The translations under genes were made by a program, and so were the position numbers. Under the pieces are notes generated by a model. The model ran no database searches and had not been told where the DNA came from. It saw only the letters and a program-made list of their open reading frames with translations. From Clostridia bacterium (lineage in GTDB: Bacteria; Bacillota; Clostridia; Oscillospirales; CAG-382): DNA of 64,000 bases. Shown here piece after piece: positions 36,367 to 46,230 of the stretch; within the stretch, counting starts at the first letter, position 1; every line of letters starts with the position of its first letter. The stretch spans positions 14,517 through 78,516 of the forward strand of contig JAFYPA010000083.1 in assembly GCA_017560085.1 (NCBI GenBank), in the 5' to 3' direction.

Positions 36367-38787
36367 ATGAATTATTCCCCCGAAAAGAACAAAATCAAGG
36401 AGCTTATCGAAACAAAGCTTGCAAGATACTTCGGCTCTTCCGTAAAGGAAGCGACAAAGGATCAGGTTTACAAGGCGGTTGCACTTTCCGTTAAGGACAT
36501 TCTTACAGACAAGAGAAAGAACTATAAGAATGAGGTCAACGAAAAGGGCGGCAAGAGAGTGTACTATATGTGCATGGAATTCCTTCTCGGAAGAAGCCTC
36601 AAAAACAGCCTTTGCAACCTCGGAATTGACGGAAGCTACAAGGAGGCTCTCGCAGAGCTCGGCTTTGACCTTGCCGATCTTTACGAAATGGAGCCCGACC
36701 CCGGACTCGGTAACGGCGGTCTCGGAAGACTTGCGGCTTGCTTTATGGACTCGCTTTCCTCTCTTGACTATCCCGCTACGGGCTTTTCCATCTGCTACGA
36801 ATACGGTCTTTTCAAGCAGAAGATAGTTGACGGAATGCAGGTTGAGCTTCCCGATGTATGGCTTCCCGGCGGCGAGGTATGGCTTGTTCCGAGAACCGAC
36901 AGAACCTTCAAGGTGCGCTTCGGCGGTCACGTTAAGGAAAAGTGGGACAACGGCAGATGCGAGGTTTACTACGAGGATGCCGAGGAAATGGAAGCTGTTC
37001 CCTACGATATGATGATTTCCGGTGCAGAATCCAAGGCTGTTTCAACACTCCGTCTCTGGAAGGCAAGAGATATCCAGAACTTCAATATGGGACTCTTTAC
37101 ACAGGGTCAGTATTATAATGCTATGAAGGAAAGCACAAATGCGGACATCATTTCCAAGGTGCTTTACCCTTCTGACAATCACAACGAGGGTAAGCTTCTC
37201 AGACTTTCACAGCAGTACTTCCTTGTTTCCGCATCCGTGCAGAGCATTGTCCGTGACCATATGGCGGTTTACAAGACACTTGAAAACTTCTCCGATAAGG
37301 TTGCAATCCACATAAACGATACCCATCCCGCACTCTGTATTCCCGAGCTTATGAGAATACTCATAGACGAATACTACTACGACTGGGACAAGGCGTGGAA
37401 CACTGTTATCAACACCGTTTCCTATACAAACCACACGGTTATGCCCGAGGCACTTGAAACCTGGAATGAGGACCTCTTCAGACTCAAGCTCCCCAGAATC
37501 CACGCAATCATAAAGGAAATCAACGAAAGATTCTGCCGTGCCGCATGGAATATGTTCCCCGGCAACTGGAACAGGATTTCCAATATGGCTATTATCGGCT
37601 ACAATCAGGTAAGAATGGCGAACCTCTCCGTTATCGGCTCTCATACCGTAAACGGCGTATCCGCACTTCATTCCGACATTCTCAAGGAAACCGTATTCAA
37701 GGATTTCTACAGAATGTATCCTGAAAGATTCACCAATGTAACAAACGGTATTGCCCACAGAAGATGGCTCTGCTACTCCAACCCCGGACTTGCATCCCTT
37801 CTTGACGAAACAATCGGTACGGACTACAGAAAGAAGCCCGAAACTCTTGCGGACTTCAAGAAGTTTGCCGACGATAAGGCTGTTCTTGCAAGACTTGGCG
37901 ATATCAAGAAGAACAACAAGATTGCATTCTCTAACTACCTCTTCAACAAGACGGGCGTAAAGCTTGACCCCGATTCACTCTTTGACGTTCAGGTAAAGAG
38001 ACTTCACGAATACAAGCGTCAGCTTCTCAATGCACTCAACATCGTTTCCGTGTATAACGAGCTTCGTGAAAATCCCAATCTCGACATTCAGCCTCAGACC
38101 TTCATCTTCGGTGCAAAGGCGGCTCCGGGCTATACAATGGCAAAGAACATCATAAAGCTCATCTGTATGCTCTCAAAGGATATCGAGAAGGACGCAAGAA
38201 TCCGTGAAAAGCTCAGAGTTGTGTTCCTTGAGGACTACAATGTAAGCCTTGCGGAGGCACTTATTCCCTCTGCGGAAATTTCCGAGCAGATTTCCCTTGC
38301 GGGCAAGGAAGCAAGCGGTACGGGCTGTATGAAGATGATGATGAACGGTGCTCTTACAATCGGAACCTACGACGGCGCAAACGTTGAAATGGTTGCTGAA
38401 ACCGGCGACGAAAATATGTTTATCTTCGGTCTTACCTGCAGTGAGGTTGAGCAGATGTGGCTCTCAGGCTATCAGTCCACAATGTTCTACACGGGCAACG
38501 AAAGACTCCGCCGTGCGGTTGATGCTCTCGGTATCGGCTTTGCGGGCGAAAGCTTCAGGGATATCAGCTCCTATCTCCTTCAGGGACACGGCGTTGCAGA
38601 CCCCTATATGTGCCTTGCGGACTTCGAATCCTACAGACAGGCACACGAAAAGGCACTTGCTATCTACAAGAATCCCGAGGAGTGGAACAGAATGTCCCTT
38701 ATCAACATCGCTTCCTCAGGCAAGTTTGCCGCTGACAGAAGCATTGAAGAGTACGCACAGAGAATCTGGAAGCTCGGCAAAATATAA
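36367..38787 (+). CDS. glgP: glycogen/maltodextrin phosphorylase (GT35)
   Basis: PLP-site region EASGTGCMKMMMNGALTIGTYDGANVE. Start at the second ATG (36367), 6 nt after GGAG. Confidence 0.95.
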   Translation: MNYSPEKNKIKELIETKLARYFGSSVKEATKDQVYKAVALSVKDILTDKRKNYKNEVNEKGGKRVYYMCMEFLLGRSLKNSLCNLGIDGSYKEALAELGFDLADLYEMEPDPGLGNGGLGRLAACFMDSLSSLDYPATGFSICYEYGLFKQKIVDGMQVELPDVWLPGGEVWLVPRTDRTFKVRFGGHVKEKWDNGRCEVYYEDAEEMEAVPYDMMISGAESKAVSTLRLWKARDIQNFNMGLFTQGQYYNAMKESTNADIISKVLYPSDNHNEGKLLRLSQQYFLVSASVQSIVRDHMAVYKTLENFSDKVAIHINDTHPALCIPELMRILIDEYYYDWDKAWNTVINTVSYTNHTVMPEALETWNEDLFRLKLPRIHAIIKEINERFCRAAWNMFPGNWNRISNMAIIGYNQVRMANLSVIGSHTVNGVSALHSDILKETVFKDFYRMYPERFTNVTNGIAHRRWLCYSNPGLASLLDETIGTDYRKKPETLADFKKFADDKAVLARLGDIKKNNKIAFSNYLFNKTGVKLDPDSLFDVQVKRLHEYKRQLLNALNIVSVYNELRENPNLDIQPQTFIFGAKAAPGYTMAKNIIKLICMLSKDIEKDARIREKLRVVFLEDYNVSLAEALIPSAEISEQISLAGKEASGTGCMKMMMNGALTIGTYDGANVEMVAETGDENMFIFGLTCSEVEQMWLSGYQSTMFYTGNERLRRAVDALGIGFAGESFRDISSYLLQGHGVADPYMCLADFESYRQAHEKALAIYKNPEEWNRMSLINIASSGKFAADRSIEEYAQRIWKLGKI

Positions 38788-38796
38788 TAAAGCAAA

Positions 38797-40755
38797 ATGC
38801 AAAACAGCGTAAAAAACAAATTATACGGAATGGGAATCCTCGGTAAGGCTCAGAAATGTGCTCTTGCTTCGGAAAATCCCGTAATAACAATAGAAAAAAG
38901 GGCAGGGGACTGCGATTTCTCAACTCTTGGCGCAATCCCCGAGCCGAAGGAATCGGATAAGCTCTTTTTATCCGTAAGGCTTCCGAGAGAAGCGGGACTG
39001 TGCGGTGTGAAATTCACAATTGCAGGTGACGGCGGTGACAACGCTTACTTTAAGCTGTATTACCGTGGCGACCTTGTGACGGATGAATATTCCGCCGAAA
39101 TTCCCGTATCGGATTTGCCGATGGGGCTTTCAAACGGCCTTTACTACTACCACTTCGAGCTTGATTTCGGCACGTTCACGCTTTACACAAGAAGCATAAA
39201 CAACGCAGACTTCGAGCTTTGCGAGGAATACCCCTACCAAAGATTCCGCCTGCTTGTCCACGAAAGAGACCTTGATACTCCCGAGTGGTTCAAGGGCAAT
39301 ATTATGTACCACATTTTTGTGGACAGATTCTTCAAGGGTACAAGAAGCGTTCCCGTATCAAAAACCGCCGTTATAAATCCCGATTGGGAAAACGGTATAC
39401 CACAGTACGGCGAATACCCGGGGGCATTTGTGGAAAACAATATGTTCTTCGGCGGTACACTCTACGGCATTGCGGAAAAGCTTGACTATCTTGAAGGTCT
39501 CGGTGTGGGATGTATTTATCTCAGCCCGATTTTCAAGGCGTACTCCAACCATAAGTACGACACCGGAGACTATATGACGGTTGACGAAATGTTCGGCGGC
39601 GAGGATGCTCTTCGTGAGCTTATCTCAAAAGCGGAGGAAAGAGGCATAAAAATAGTCCTCGACGGTGTTTTCAACCACACGGGGGACGACAGCCTTTATT
39701 TCAACAGATACGGAAGATATGACAGCCGTGGCGCATACGGAAATGCCGACTCCCCCTTTAGAAGCTGGTACAGCTTTGAGGAGGACGGAAGCTACAAGTC
39801 CTGGTGGGGTATCGAGGTTTTGCCAAAGCTCAACCAGAGAAACCCCGAGTGCAAGAATTACTTCCTCGGAAAAGACGGCGTAATTGAAAAATACTTCGGT
39901 ATGGGCATAGGCGGTATACGCCTTGACGTTGCGGACGAGCTTCCCGATGAATTTCTCGACGGACTCTACGGCGTTGTCAGAGGCGTAAAAAAGGACGGTC
40001 TTATCATAGGCGAGGTATGGGAAAACGCCGCAGATAAGGTTGCCTACGGCGAAAGACGAAGATATTTCAGAGGCGGTCAGCTTGACAGCGTTATGAATTA
40101 CCCTATGAAAAATGCGGTAATCGAGCTTGTCAAAAACGGCGACTCGGAATTTTTCTATAACGTAATAACAGAGCTTTACTCAAGCTACCCTAAGGCGTGC
40201 AGTGATGTTCTTATGAACATCCTCGGTACTCATGACACGGACAGAATTCTGACGGTGCTTGCAGGCGAAAACCCAGATGGCTACACAAACGCAGAGCTTT
40301 CCGTAAAGAGAATGACAGCGGATGAGCGGACAAAGGGCGTGAAAATGCTCTGCACCGCAGCGACACTTCAGTATACGCTGTTCGGCTCTCCTTCGGTATT
40401 CTACGCCGATGAGGCAGGCTCCGAGGGCTACAGAGACCCGTTCTGCCGTATGCCTTACCCGTGGGGAAGAGAAAACGCAGAGCTTCTCGGATTTTACAAA
40501 AAGCTCGGACAAATCAGAAGAAGCGAAAGGGTATTTGCAAAGGGCTCATTTGAGTTTTTAAAGGCTTCGGACGGCTTTGTTTCCTTCAGAAGATTTGACG
40601 GTGACGACGAAATTGTCGTTATGGCAAACTGCGGAAGAAGCGATGTATGCGAAAAGCTTTCCGATAAATACACGAATCTTTATACCGACAGTACCGAGGA
40701 AGCGGAAATCACCGTTTCTCCCATGTCGGCAAAAATACTTAAGAAGCAAAGGTAA
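38797..40755 (+). CDS. GH13 alpha-glycosidase (neopullulanase/cyclomaltodextrinase-like)
   Basis: GH13 regions DGVFNHTG, GGIRLDVADELP, GEVWE and ILGTHDTDR. The exact start (38797 or 38830) is uncertain. Confidence 0.85.
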   Translation: MQNSVKNKLYGMGILGKAQKCALASENPVITIEKRAGDCDFSTLGAIPEPKESDKLFLSVRLPREAGLCGVKFTIAGDGGDNAYFKLYYRGDLVTDEYSAEIPVSDLPMGLSNGLYYYHFELDFGTFTLYTRSINNADFELCEEYPYQRFRLLVHERDLDTPEWFKGNIMYHIFVDRFFKGTRSVPVSKTAVINPDWENGIPQYGEYPGAFVENNMFFGGTLYGIAEKLDYLEGLGVGCIYLSPIFKAYSNHKYDTGDYMTVDEMFGGEDALRELISKAEERGIKIVLDGVFNHTGDDSLYFNRYGRYDSRGAYGNADSPFRSWYSFEEDGSYKSWWGIEVLPKLNQRNPECKNYFLGKDGVIEKYFGMGIGGIRLDVADELPDEFLDGLYGVVRGVKKDGLIIGEVWENAADKVAYGERRRYFRGGQLDSVMNYPMKNAVIELVKNGDSEFFYNVITELYSSYPKACSDVLMNILGTHDTDRILTVLAGENPDGYTNAELSVKRMTADERTKGVKMLCTAATLQYTLFGSPSVFYADEAGSEGYRDPFCRMPYPWGRENAELLGFYKKLGQIRRSERVFAKGSFEFLKASDGFVSFRRFDGDDEIVVMANCGRSDVCEKLSDKYTNLYTDSTEEAEITVSPMSAKILKKQR

Positions 40756-40769
40756 AGGAGGAAAGGGAA

Positions 40770-40859
40770 ATGAACAAAAAAGCAGTCAGAATAATCTGCT
40801 GGGTTCTTGCGGCACTCATGATTCTCTCTGTGCTCACAATTACAATTGCTCAGTTTTAA
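40770..40859 (+). CDS. candidate 29-aa hydrophobic micropeptide
   Basis: Not in the ORF track. ATG at 40770 lies 9 nt after AAAGGAGG. Encodes MNKKAVRIICWVLAALMILSVLTITIAQF (single TM segment) and is followed by the operon terminator. Confidence 0.35.
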   Translation: MNKKAVRIICWVLAALMILSVLTITIAQF

Positions 40860-40877
40860 TTGAATACAACGAAAAAT

Positions 40878-40912
40878 CCCTGTCGATTGCGTGTCGGCAG
40901 GGATGTTGTTTT
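40878..40912 (+). terminator. bidirectional terminator hairpin
   Basis: CCCTGTCGA-ttgcgtg-TCGGCAGGG (9 bp, one G-U pair), then ATGTTGTTTT. Lies between convergent operons. Confidence 0.55.
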
Positions 40913-42233
40913 ATACTGATGCTTTTTCGGCTTCGCCTGAAGCCGATTCTTTTTTCGCCTCGGATTCCGATTCGGCCTCGGCTTCCGATTCCAATGCAAG
41001 CCTTGCGTTGGACAGCATAAGACGGATTCTGTTTTCCTGATTTACCGCCGTTGCGCCCGCATCGTAGTCTATTGCGACTATGTTTATGTCGGGATATTTT
41101 TCCTTGAGAGGCTTCATCATACCCTTACCGCAGATGTGGTTTGGAAGACATCCGAAGGGCTGTGTGCAGACGATATTCTTGGCATTGCTGTGATAAAGCT
41201 CCACCATTTCCGAGGTGAGAAGCCATCCCTCGCCCATTTTCGCACCGAAGCTTATTATGCCCTTTGCAAGGGTAAGAGTCACATCAAAGGGAGTGGGGGC
41301 ATCGAAGGTACCCTCCTCCTTTATTGCCTCGATCATAGCCTTCTGCTTTTTGAGAACGACATTGTATATGATTTCATAAACCGTATACACAAGGGACTTG
41401 AAGCCGTACAGCTTTTTGTCAAGCACAACATTGTAGATACAGTAAAGAATGAAATCCACAAATCCCGGAATTACGGGCTCTGCACCGTTCTTCACAAGGA
41501 AATCCGCAAGATTGTTGTTGCCGAGAGGGGAGTATTTTACAAAAATTTCTCCTACTATACCAACCTTGAGCCTTTGTCCGCGGTTAAGCTCTATTTTTGC
41601 AAAGTCGTCGATAATTTCACGGTATGTTCTTGCCGATTCCTTTTTGGTGGGCATTCGCAGATGATTGTCTCCCGAGGTCAGCTTTGCCACCCATTTTTCG
41701 CATACAAGTGCCGAAGCACCCTTGCTTGCCTCGTAAACCTCACACTGATTGCGAAGATTCATAAGAAGGTCGGCATAAAGAAGTGCGTGAAAAATTTCAA
41801 GATATATCGGAATGGTAATCTTCCAGCCCGAATGCTTTTCAATCTCACCGAAGCTGAATGCAATAACGGGAACATATCCGTAGCCCGCCTTAGAGAGAGC
41901 CTTACGAAGAAGCGAAACATAGTTTGATGCCCTGCAGCCTCCGCCCGTCTGGAAAAGAATCAGCGCAACCTTGTGCGGATCGTATTTTCCGCTTTCTATC
42001 GCATCCAGAAACTGACCGATAACGAGAATTGCGGGATAGCAGGTGTCGTTATGTACATAGCGGAGTCCCTTTTCCGCAAGATGCTTGCCCTCCGATTCGA
42101 GAAGCTCCATGTCGTAGCCGTAATTTTTAAGGACACGCATTATAAGCCTGAAATGCATCGGAAGCATATTGGGAACAAGGATTTTGTACTCCTTCTTCAT
42201 TTCGGCTGTGAATTCAACAAATCCTTCCGTCAA
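40911..42233 (-). CDS. 2-hydroxyacyl-CoA-dehydratase-like / activase-associated protein of unknown function
   Basis: Corresponds to the C-terminal module of the ~1400-aa putative CoA-substrate-specific enzyme activase proteins. TTG start with an AAGGAGG RBS. Acidic SE/AE-rich tail. Confidence 0.65.
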   Translation of the reverse strand: MTEGFVEFTAEMKKEYKILVPNMLPMHFRLIMRVLKNYGYDMELLESEGKHLAEKGLRYVHNDTCYPAILVIGQFLDAIESGKYDPHKVALILFQTGGGCRASNYVSLLRKALSKAGYGYVPVIAFSFGEIEKHSGWKITIPIYLEIFHALLYADLLMNLRNQCEVYEASKGASALVCEKWVAKLTSGDNHLRMPTKKESARTYREIIDDFAKIELNRGQRLKVGIVGEIFVKYSPLGNNNLADFLVKNGAEPVIPGFVDFILYCIYNVVLDKKLYGFKSLVYTVYEIIYNVVLKKQKAMIEAIKEEGTFDAPTPFDVTLTLAKGIISFGAKMGEGWLLTSEMVELYHSNAKNIVCTQPFGCLPNHICGKGMMKPLKEKYPDINIVAIDYDAGATAVNQENRIRLMLSNARLALESEAEAESESEAKKESASGEAEKASV

Positions 42234-45199
42234 GATTTCTGCGCCTCCTTTTCCTCTGATTTTTCAGCCTTTTCGTCAAGTGCGCCGATAAGACTGCGAA
42301 GTCTGATTTTTACAGCACCCAGATTGGTTATTTCGTCAATTTTAATCTGTGTGTAAAGCTTGCCGTGCTCTTCAAGAATTGCCCTTACCTCGTCTGTGGT
42401 AATCGCATCTACACCGCATCCGAAGGAAACAAGCTGAACAAGCTCGATGTTTTCATTCTGTGATGCCACCATAGCCGCTCTGTAAAGCCTTGCGTGGTAT
42501 GTCCATTGGTTAAGTACACGCACCTTCGGAGGCTCTGCAAGATGACAGACACTGTCCTCACTCACAACCACAAAGCCGAGGCTCTTTGCAAGGTCGTCAA
42601 TACCGTGGCAGATTTCCGAGTCAATGTGGTAGGGGCGTCCCGCAAGAATCATTACCCGCTTGCCGTTTTCCTTTGCAAAGCTGAGTGCTCGTTCACCCTC
42701 TGCTCTTACGCTCGCCATGTAGCTGTCATAAAGAGCAAAGCCCTTGTCAACGGCTTTTTTTGCTTCCTTGAGGCTTACCTTGCAAAGCTTCTTTGAAAGA
42801 TAGTCGGAAATGCCCTTTGCGAGCTCCTTCCTGCTGTTTACGTTAAGGTAGGGGTAGAGGAATACAGTATCGCGAAGCTCCTCTATATTGCCCTCTAAAA
42901 GCTCGGAATAGTATGCTACGACGGGACAGTTGTAATGGTTGTCCGAAGCCTTTTCGTCTATGTTGTAGGAAAGACAGGGATAGAAGATTGCATCGCACTT
43001 TTCCTCAAGAAGCCTTGCGATATGACCGTGCATAAGCTTTGCGGGATAGCATACCGTATCAGACGGAATGGAAAGCTGTCCCTTCTCATAGGTTCTTCTT
43101 GTGGACATTTCGGGAACGACAACCTTAAAGCCGAGCTCGCTGAAAATGCCGTACCACAAGGGTAAAAGCTCATACATTCCGAGTGCGAGAGGAAGCCCGA
43201 TTGTTCCTCTTGTGCCTTCTCCGCCCTGCATTTTAAGAAGAGAATTGCGCTTGAATTCGTAGAGATTGGGAATTTCCACATCGGACTTTTCAAGTCCCAG
43301 ACCCTTTTCACATCTGTTGCCCGAAATGAACCTTCTGCCGTCCGAGAAGGTGTTGACCGTCAGATGACAGTTGTTTGTACAGCCCTTGCAGGTCGCAGAT
43401 TTCGATGTGTGCGAAAACTGCGAGAGTGCCTCGGGGGAGATGATTGATGATGCATCGAATCTCTTTGCGTAAAGAGCCGCACCGTATGCGCCCATAAGTC
43501 CCGCAATGGCAGGTCTGATTACATTTTTGCCAAGCTCACGCTCAAAGGCACGAAGCACCGCATCATTATAGAACGTACCGCCCTGAACGACAATATTCTG
43601 TCCGAGCTCGTCCGCACTTGCCGCACGGATAACCTTATATATCGCATTTTTGACAACACTCACGGAAAGACCTGCGGAAATATCCTCAACGCCCGCACCA
43701 TCCTTCTGAGCCTGCTTTACGCTTGAATTCATAAATACCGTGCAGCGTGAGCCGAGGTTAACAGGGTGCTTGCCGTAAATGCCCTTTGAGGCAAATTCGG
43801 CTATTTGGTAGCCCATTGATTTCGCAAAGGTCTCAAGGAATGAGCCACAGCCCGAGGAGCAAGCCTCGTTGAGCATAATGCTGTCAATGGCACCATTCTT
43901 GATTTTGAAGCATTTGATGTCCTGACCGCCGATATCGAGAATAAAGTCAACCTCGGGGCAGAAATACTTTGCGGCGGTATAGTGTGCGATGGTTTCAACA
44001 ATGCCGACATCACAGCCGAAGGCGTTTTTTATAAGCTCCTCACCGTAGCCGGTAACCGCACTTCCGCATATCTTTATTTTTTCGCCGCAGAGCGAGTATA
44101 TTTTCTCAAGCTCGCCCCTTACAACCTCCACGGGATTTCCCATATTCGAGGCGTAGTAGCTGTATATTATTTCATTGCCTTCCGAAAGAAGAACAAGCTT
44201 TGTGGTGGTGCTTCCGCAGTCAATACCGAGAAAGGCTTTTCCGCAGTAATCCGAAATATCCGCCTTTGCAACATCAGCCTTCGCGTGTCTTGCGGAGAAT
44301 TCGGCGTATTCGTCCTCGCTTTCAAAAAGCGCGGGAAGAATGTCCTTGCTTTCCGAGTAGGATTTTGCATTTTCTATAGAGAAAATAAGCTCGGAAAGTC
44401 CGGTGCTCTTTCCGATTTTGCCCGCATAAAGAGCCGTACCGAGTGCTACCGCATATATTGCGTATTCGGGACAGATTGCGTTTTCGGGCGTAAGACCAAG
44501 TGTTTCCGTAAATCTTTCACGAAGTCCTCGGCAGTAGTAAAGAGGTCCTCCGAGGAACATTACCTTGCCTCTTATTTTTCTGCCCTGAGCAAGACCGCCT
44601 ATCGTCTGATTTACAACCGCCTGATAGATGCTTGCGGCAACATCCGACTTGCTTGCACCCTGATTAAGAAGCGGCTGAATATCCGTCTTTGCGAAAACTC
44701 CGCATCTTGATGCGATGGGGTAGAGCTTCTTGTGCTCAAGGCTTGCCGCATCCATTTCGTCGTTTGTCATACAAAGAAGAGTTGCCATCTGGTCAATGAA
44801 TGCACCCGTACCGCCTGCGCAGGAGCCGTTCATTCTCTCGTCGGGAGCACCGTCGAAGAATATGATTTTGGCATCCTCACCGCCGGGCTCTATTACAACT
44901 GAGGTGTCAGGCTCATTTTTTCTTATAACCTCGCCGACAACAAAGACCTCCTGAGCAAAGGGAATATCCGCACACTGTGCAAGTCCCATTCCCGCAGAGC
45001 CCGATATTGCGACTCTTACACTGTCATTGCCGATTATATCACGGATGCCCGAGAGAAGCTCGGCACATTTTTCACGCACTCGCGAAAAGTGTCGTTCGTA
45101 TTTGCTGTATATGATTTTTTCGTCCTCAAGAAGAACGATTTTCGCCGTTGTCGAACCTACATCTATTCCGAGAAGAAGCTCTCTTTTCTGTGCCGTCAC
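42230..45199 (-). CDS. double BadF/BadG/BcrA/BcrD-type ATPase ('CoA-substrate-specific enzyme activase') with a C-terminal extension
   Basis: Two acetate/sugar-kinase-fold ATPase N-termini (LGIDVGSTTAKIVLL and LGIDCGSTTTKLVLL), each followed by a Cys-containing cluster-helix region; 989 aa. Confidence 0.8.
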   Translation of the reverse strand: MTAQKRELLLGIDVGSTTAKIVLLEDEKIIYSKYERHFSRVREKCAELLSGIRDIIGNDSVRVAISGSAGMGLAQCADIPFAQEVFVVGEVIRKNEPDTSVVIEPGGEDAKIIFFDGAPDERMNGSCAGGTGAFIDQMATLLCMTNDEMDAASLEHKKLYPIASRCGVFAKTDIQPLLNQGASKSDVAASIYQAVVNQTIGGLAQGRKIRGKVMFLGGPLYYCRGLRERFTETLGLTPENAICPEYAIYAVALGTALYAGKIGKSTGLSELIFSIENAKSYSESKDILPALFESEDEYAEFSARHAKADVAKADISDYCGKAFLGIDCGSTTTKLVLLSEGNEIIYSYYASNMGNPVEVVRGELEKIYSLCGEKIKICGSAVTGYGEELIKNAFGCDVGIVETIAHYTAAKYFCPEVDFILDIGGQDIKCFKIKNGAIDSIMLNEACSSGCGSFLETFAKSMGYQIAEFASKGIYGKHPVNLGSRCTVFMNSSVKQAQKDGAGVEDISAGLSVSVVKNAIYKVIRAASADELGQNIVVQGGTFYNDAVLRAFERELGKNVIRPAIAGLMGAYGAALYAKRFDASSIISPEALSQFSHTSKSATCKGCTNNCHLTVNTFSDGRRFISGNRCEKGLGLEKSDVEIPNLYEFKRNSLLKMQGGEGTRGTIGLPLALGMYELLPLWYGIFSELGFKVVVPEMSTRRTYEKGQLSIPSDTVCYPAKLMHGHIARLLEEKCDAIFYPCLSYNIDEKASDNHYNCPVVAYYSELLEGNIEELRDTVFLYPYLNVNSRKELAKGISDYLSKKLCKVSLKEAKKAVDKGFALYDSYMASVRAEGERALSFAKENGKRVMILAGRPYHIDSEICHGIDDLAKSLGFVVVSEDSVCHLAEPPKVRVLNQWTYHARLYRAAMVASQNENIELVQLVSFGCGVDAITTDEVRAILEEHGKLYTQIKIDEITNLGAVKIRLRSLIGALDEKAEKSEEKEAQKS

Positions 45200-45333
45200 C
45201 TCGTGTCACCCTTTCCGATACAAATAATTACCTCATTATAATAATATATTATAACATTCAAGTGAAGTTTATGTCAATACCGGAAGGAGTTAAGATGCGG
45301 TTAAGATTTGATGCGTGACTTTACCGAAACGTA

Positions 45334-45362
45334 TTGACAAAGCCCCGATTGGGGTATATAAT
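45334..45362 (+). promoter_or_regulatory. consensus sigma-A promoter
   Basis: Perfect TTGACA (45334-45339), 17-nt spacer, TATAAT (45357-45362). The spacer contains the small palindrome CCCCGATTGGGG. Confidence 0.6.
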
Positions 45363-45398
45363 TGATACATAATTTCTATATATTAACGGAGAAAACAA

Positions 45399-46154
45399 AT
45401 GGAAATAGTATTCCTCGGCAAATCAAAATGGATTCCCGATGAGGTGGGCGGAGATGCTCCCTGCTTTGTCGTTGACGGTAAATATCTTGTCGACCTCGGA
45501 TATAAGTCGGCACTCAAGCTTGCGGATATCGGCATAAGCCCCGCAGAAATAAACCACGTTTTCGTGACCCATTGCCACCACGACCATATACTCGGTATGC
45601 CTCTTTTTCTTTTCTATAAGTCCCAGAAAAACGGCGGACTTACCCACATCTACGGCATATCCGACGAAATAGCCGACACGGTAATGCGTGCCGAATCAAT
45701 GTGCCTTTTTGATAAATACTATAAGGACATAAAATTCACCGAGGTACACGAGCTTTGCGGCGGTGAAGCCTTTGAGGTTGACGACCTTAAGGTAGAATGC
45801 ATGAAGGCAGACCATTCCATCCCCGCTCTTTGCTATAAATTCAGAATAGGCGACAAAACCCTCGGTATCCTCGGCGACTCAAGATACAAGCCTGAAATTG
45901 CCGAATTCTTCAAGGGCTGTGATGCCGTAGTCCACGAGGTATCAATGGGCATAGGCTCTCCCGTACACGAGCGATTCGCAAACGGTCACTCCTGCGCATA
46001 TGATGCCGCAAGAACCGCGGTGGAAAGCGGAACAAAAGCAATCTTCCTCGTCCACTGCTCCCTCGACAGCGCCGAAGGCTGCATAAGCGCAATAAAGGAA
46101 TCCTATGGTGGCGATGTAATAGTCCCCGACCTCGGCAAAAAATACATAATCTAA
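45399..46154 (+). CDS. MBL-fold metallo-hydrolase
   Basis: HxHxDH motif in VFVTHCHHDHILG; 251 aa. Confidence 0.8.
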   Translation: MEIVFLGKSKWIPDEVGGDAPCFVVDGKYLVDLGYKSALKLADIGISPAEINHVFVTHCHHDHILGMPLFLFYKSQKNGGLTHIYGISDEIADTVMRAESMCLFDKYYKDIKFTEVHELCGGEAFEVDDLKVECMKADHSIPALCYKFRIGDKTLGILGDSRYKPEIAEFFKGCDAVVHEVSMGIGSPVHERFANGHSCAYDAARTAVESGTKAIFLVHCSLDSAEGCISAIKESYGGDVIVPDLGKKYII

Positions 46155-46197
46155 AACAAAATGGACGAGACCACAAAATCCCGCCCATTATCTTTTT

Positions 46198-46230
46198 AAT
46201 TGTGCATTGTGCATTGTGAATTGTGCATTC
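46198..46230. repeat. solo heptamer array (ATTGTGC x2, ATTGTGA, ATTGTGC) abutting the proA stop codon
   Basis: Read directly. The 21-mer TGCATTGTGAATTGTGCATTC is identical to the end of the right arm of cassette B (23829-23849). Confidence 0.8.
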
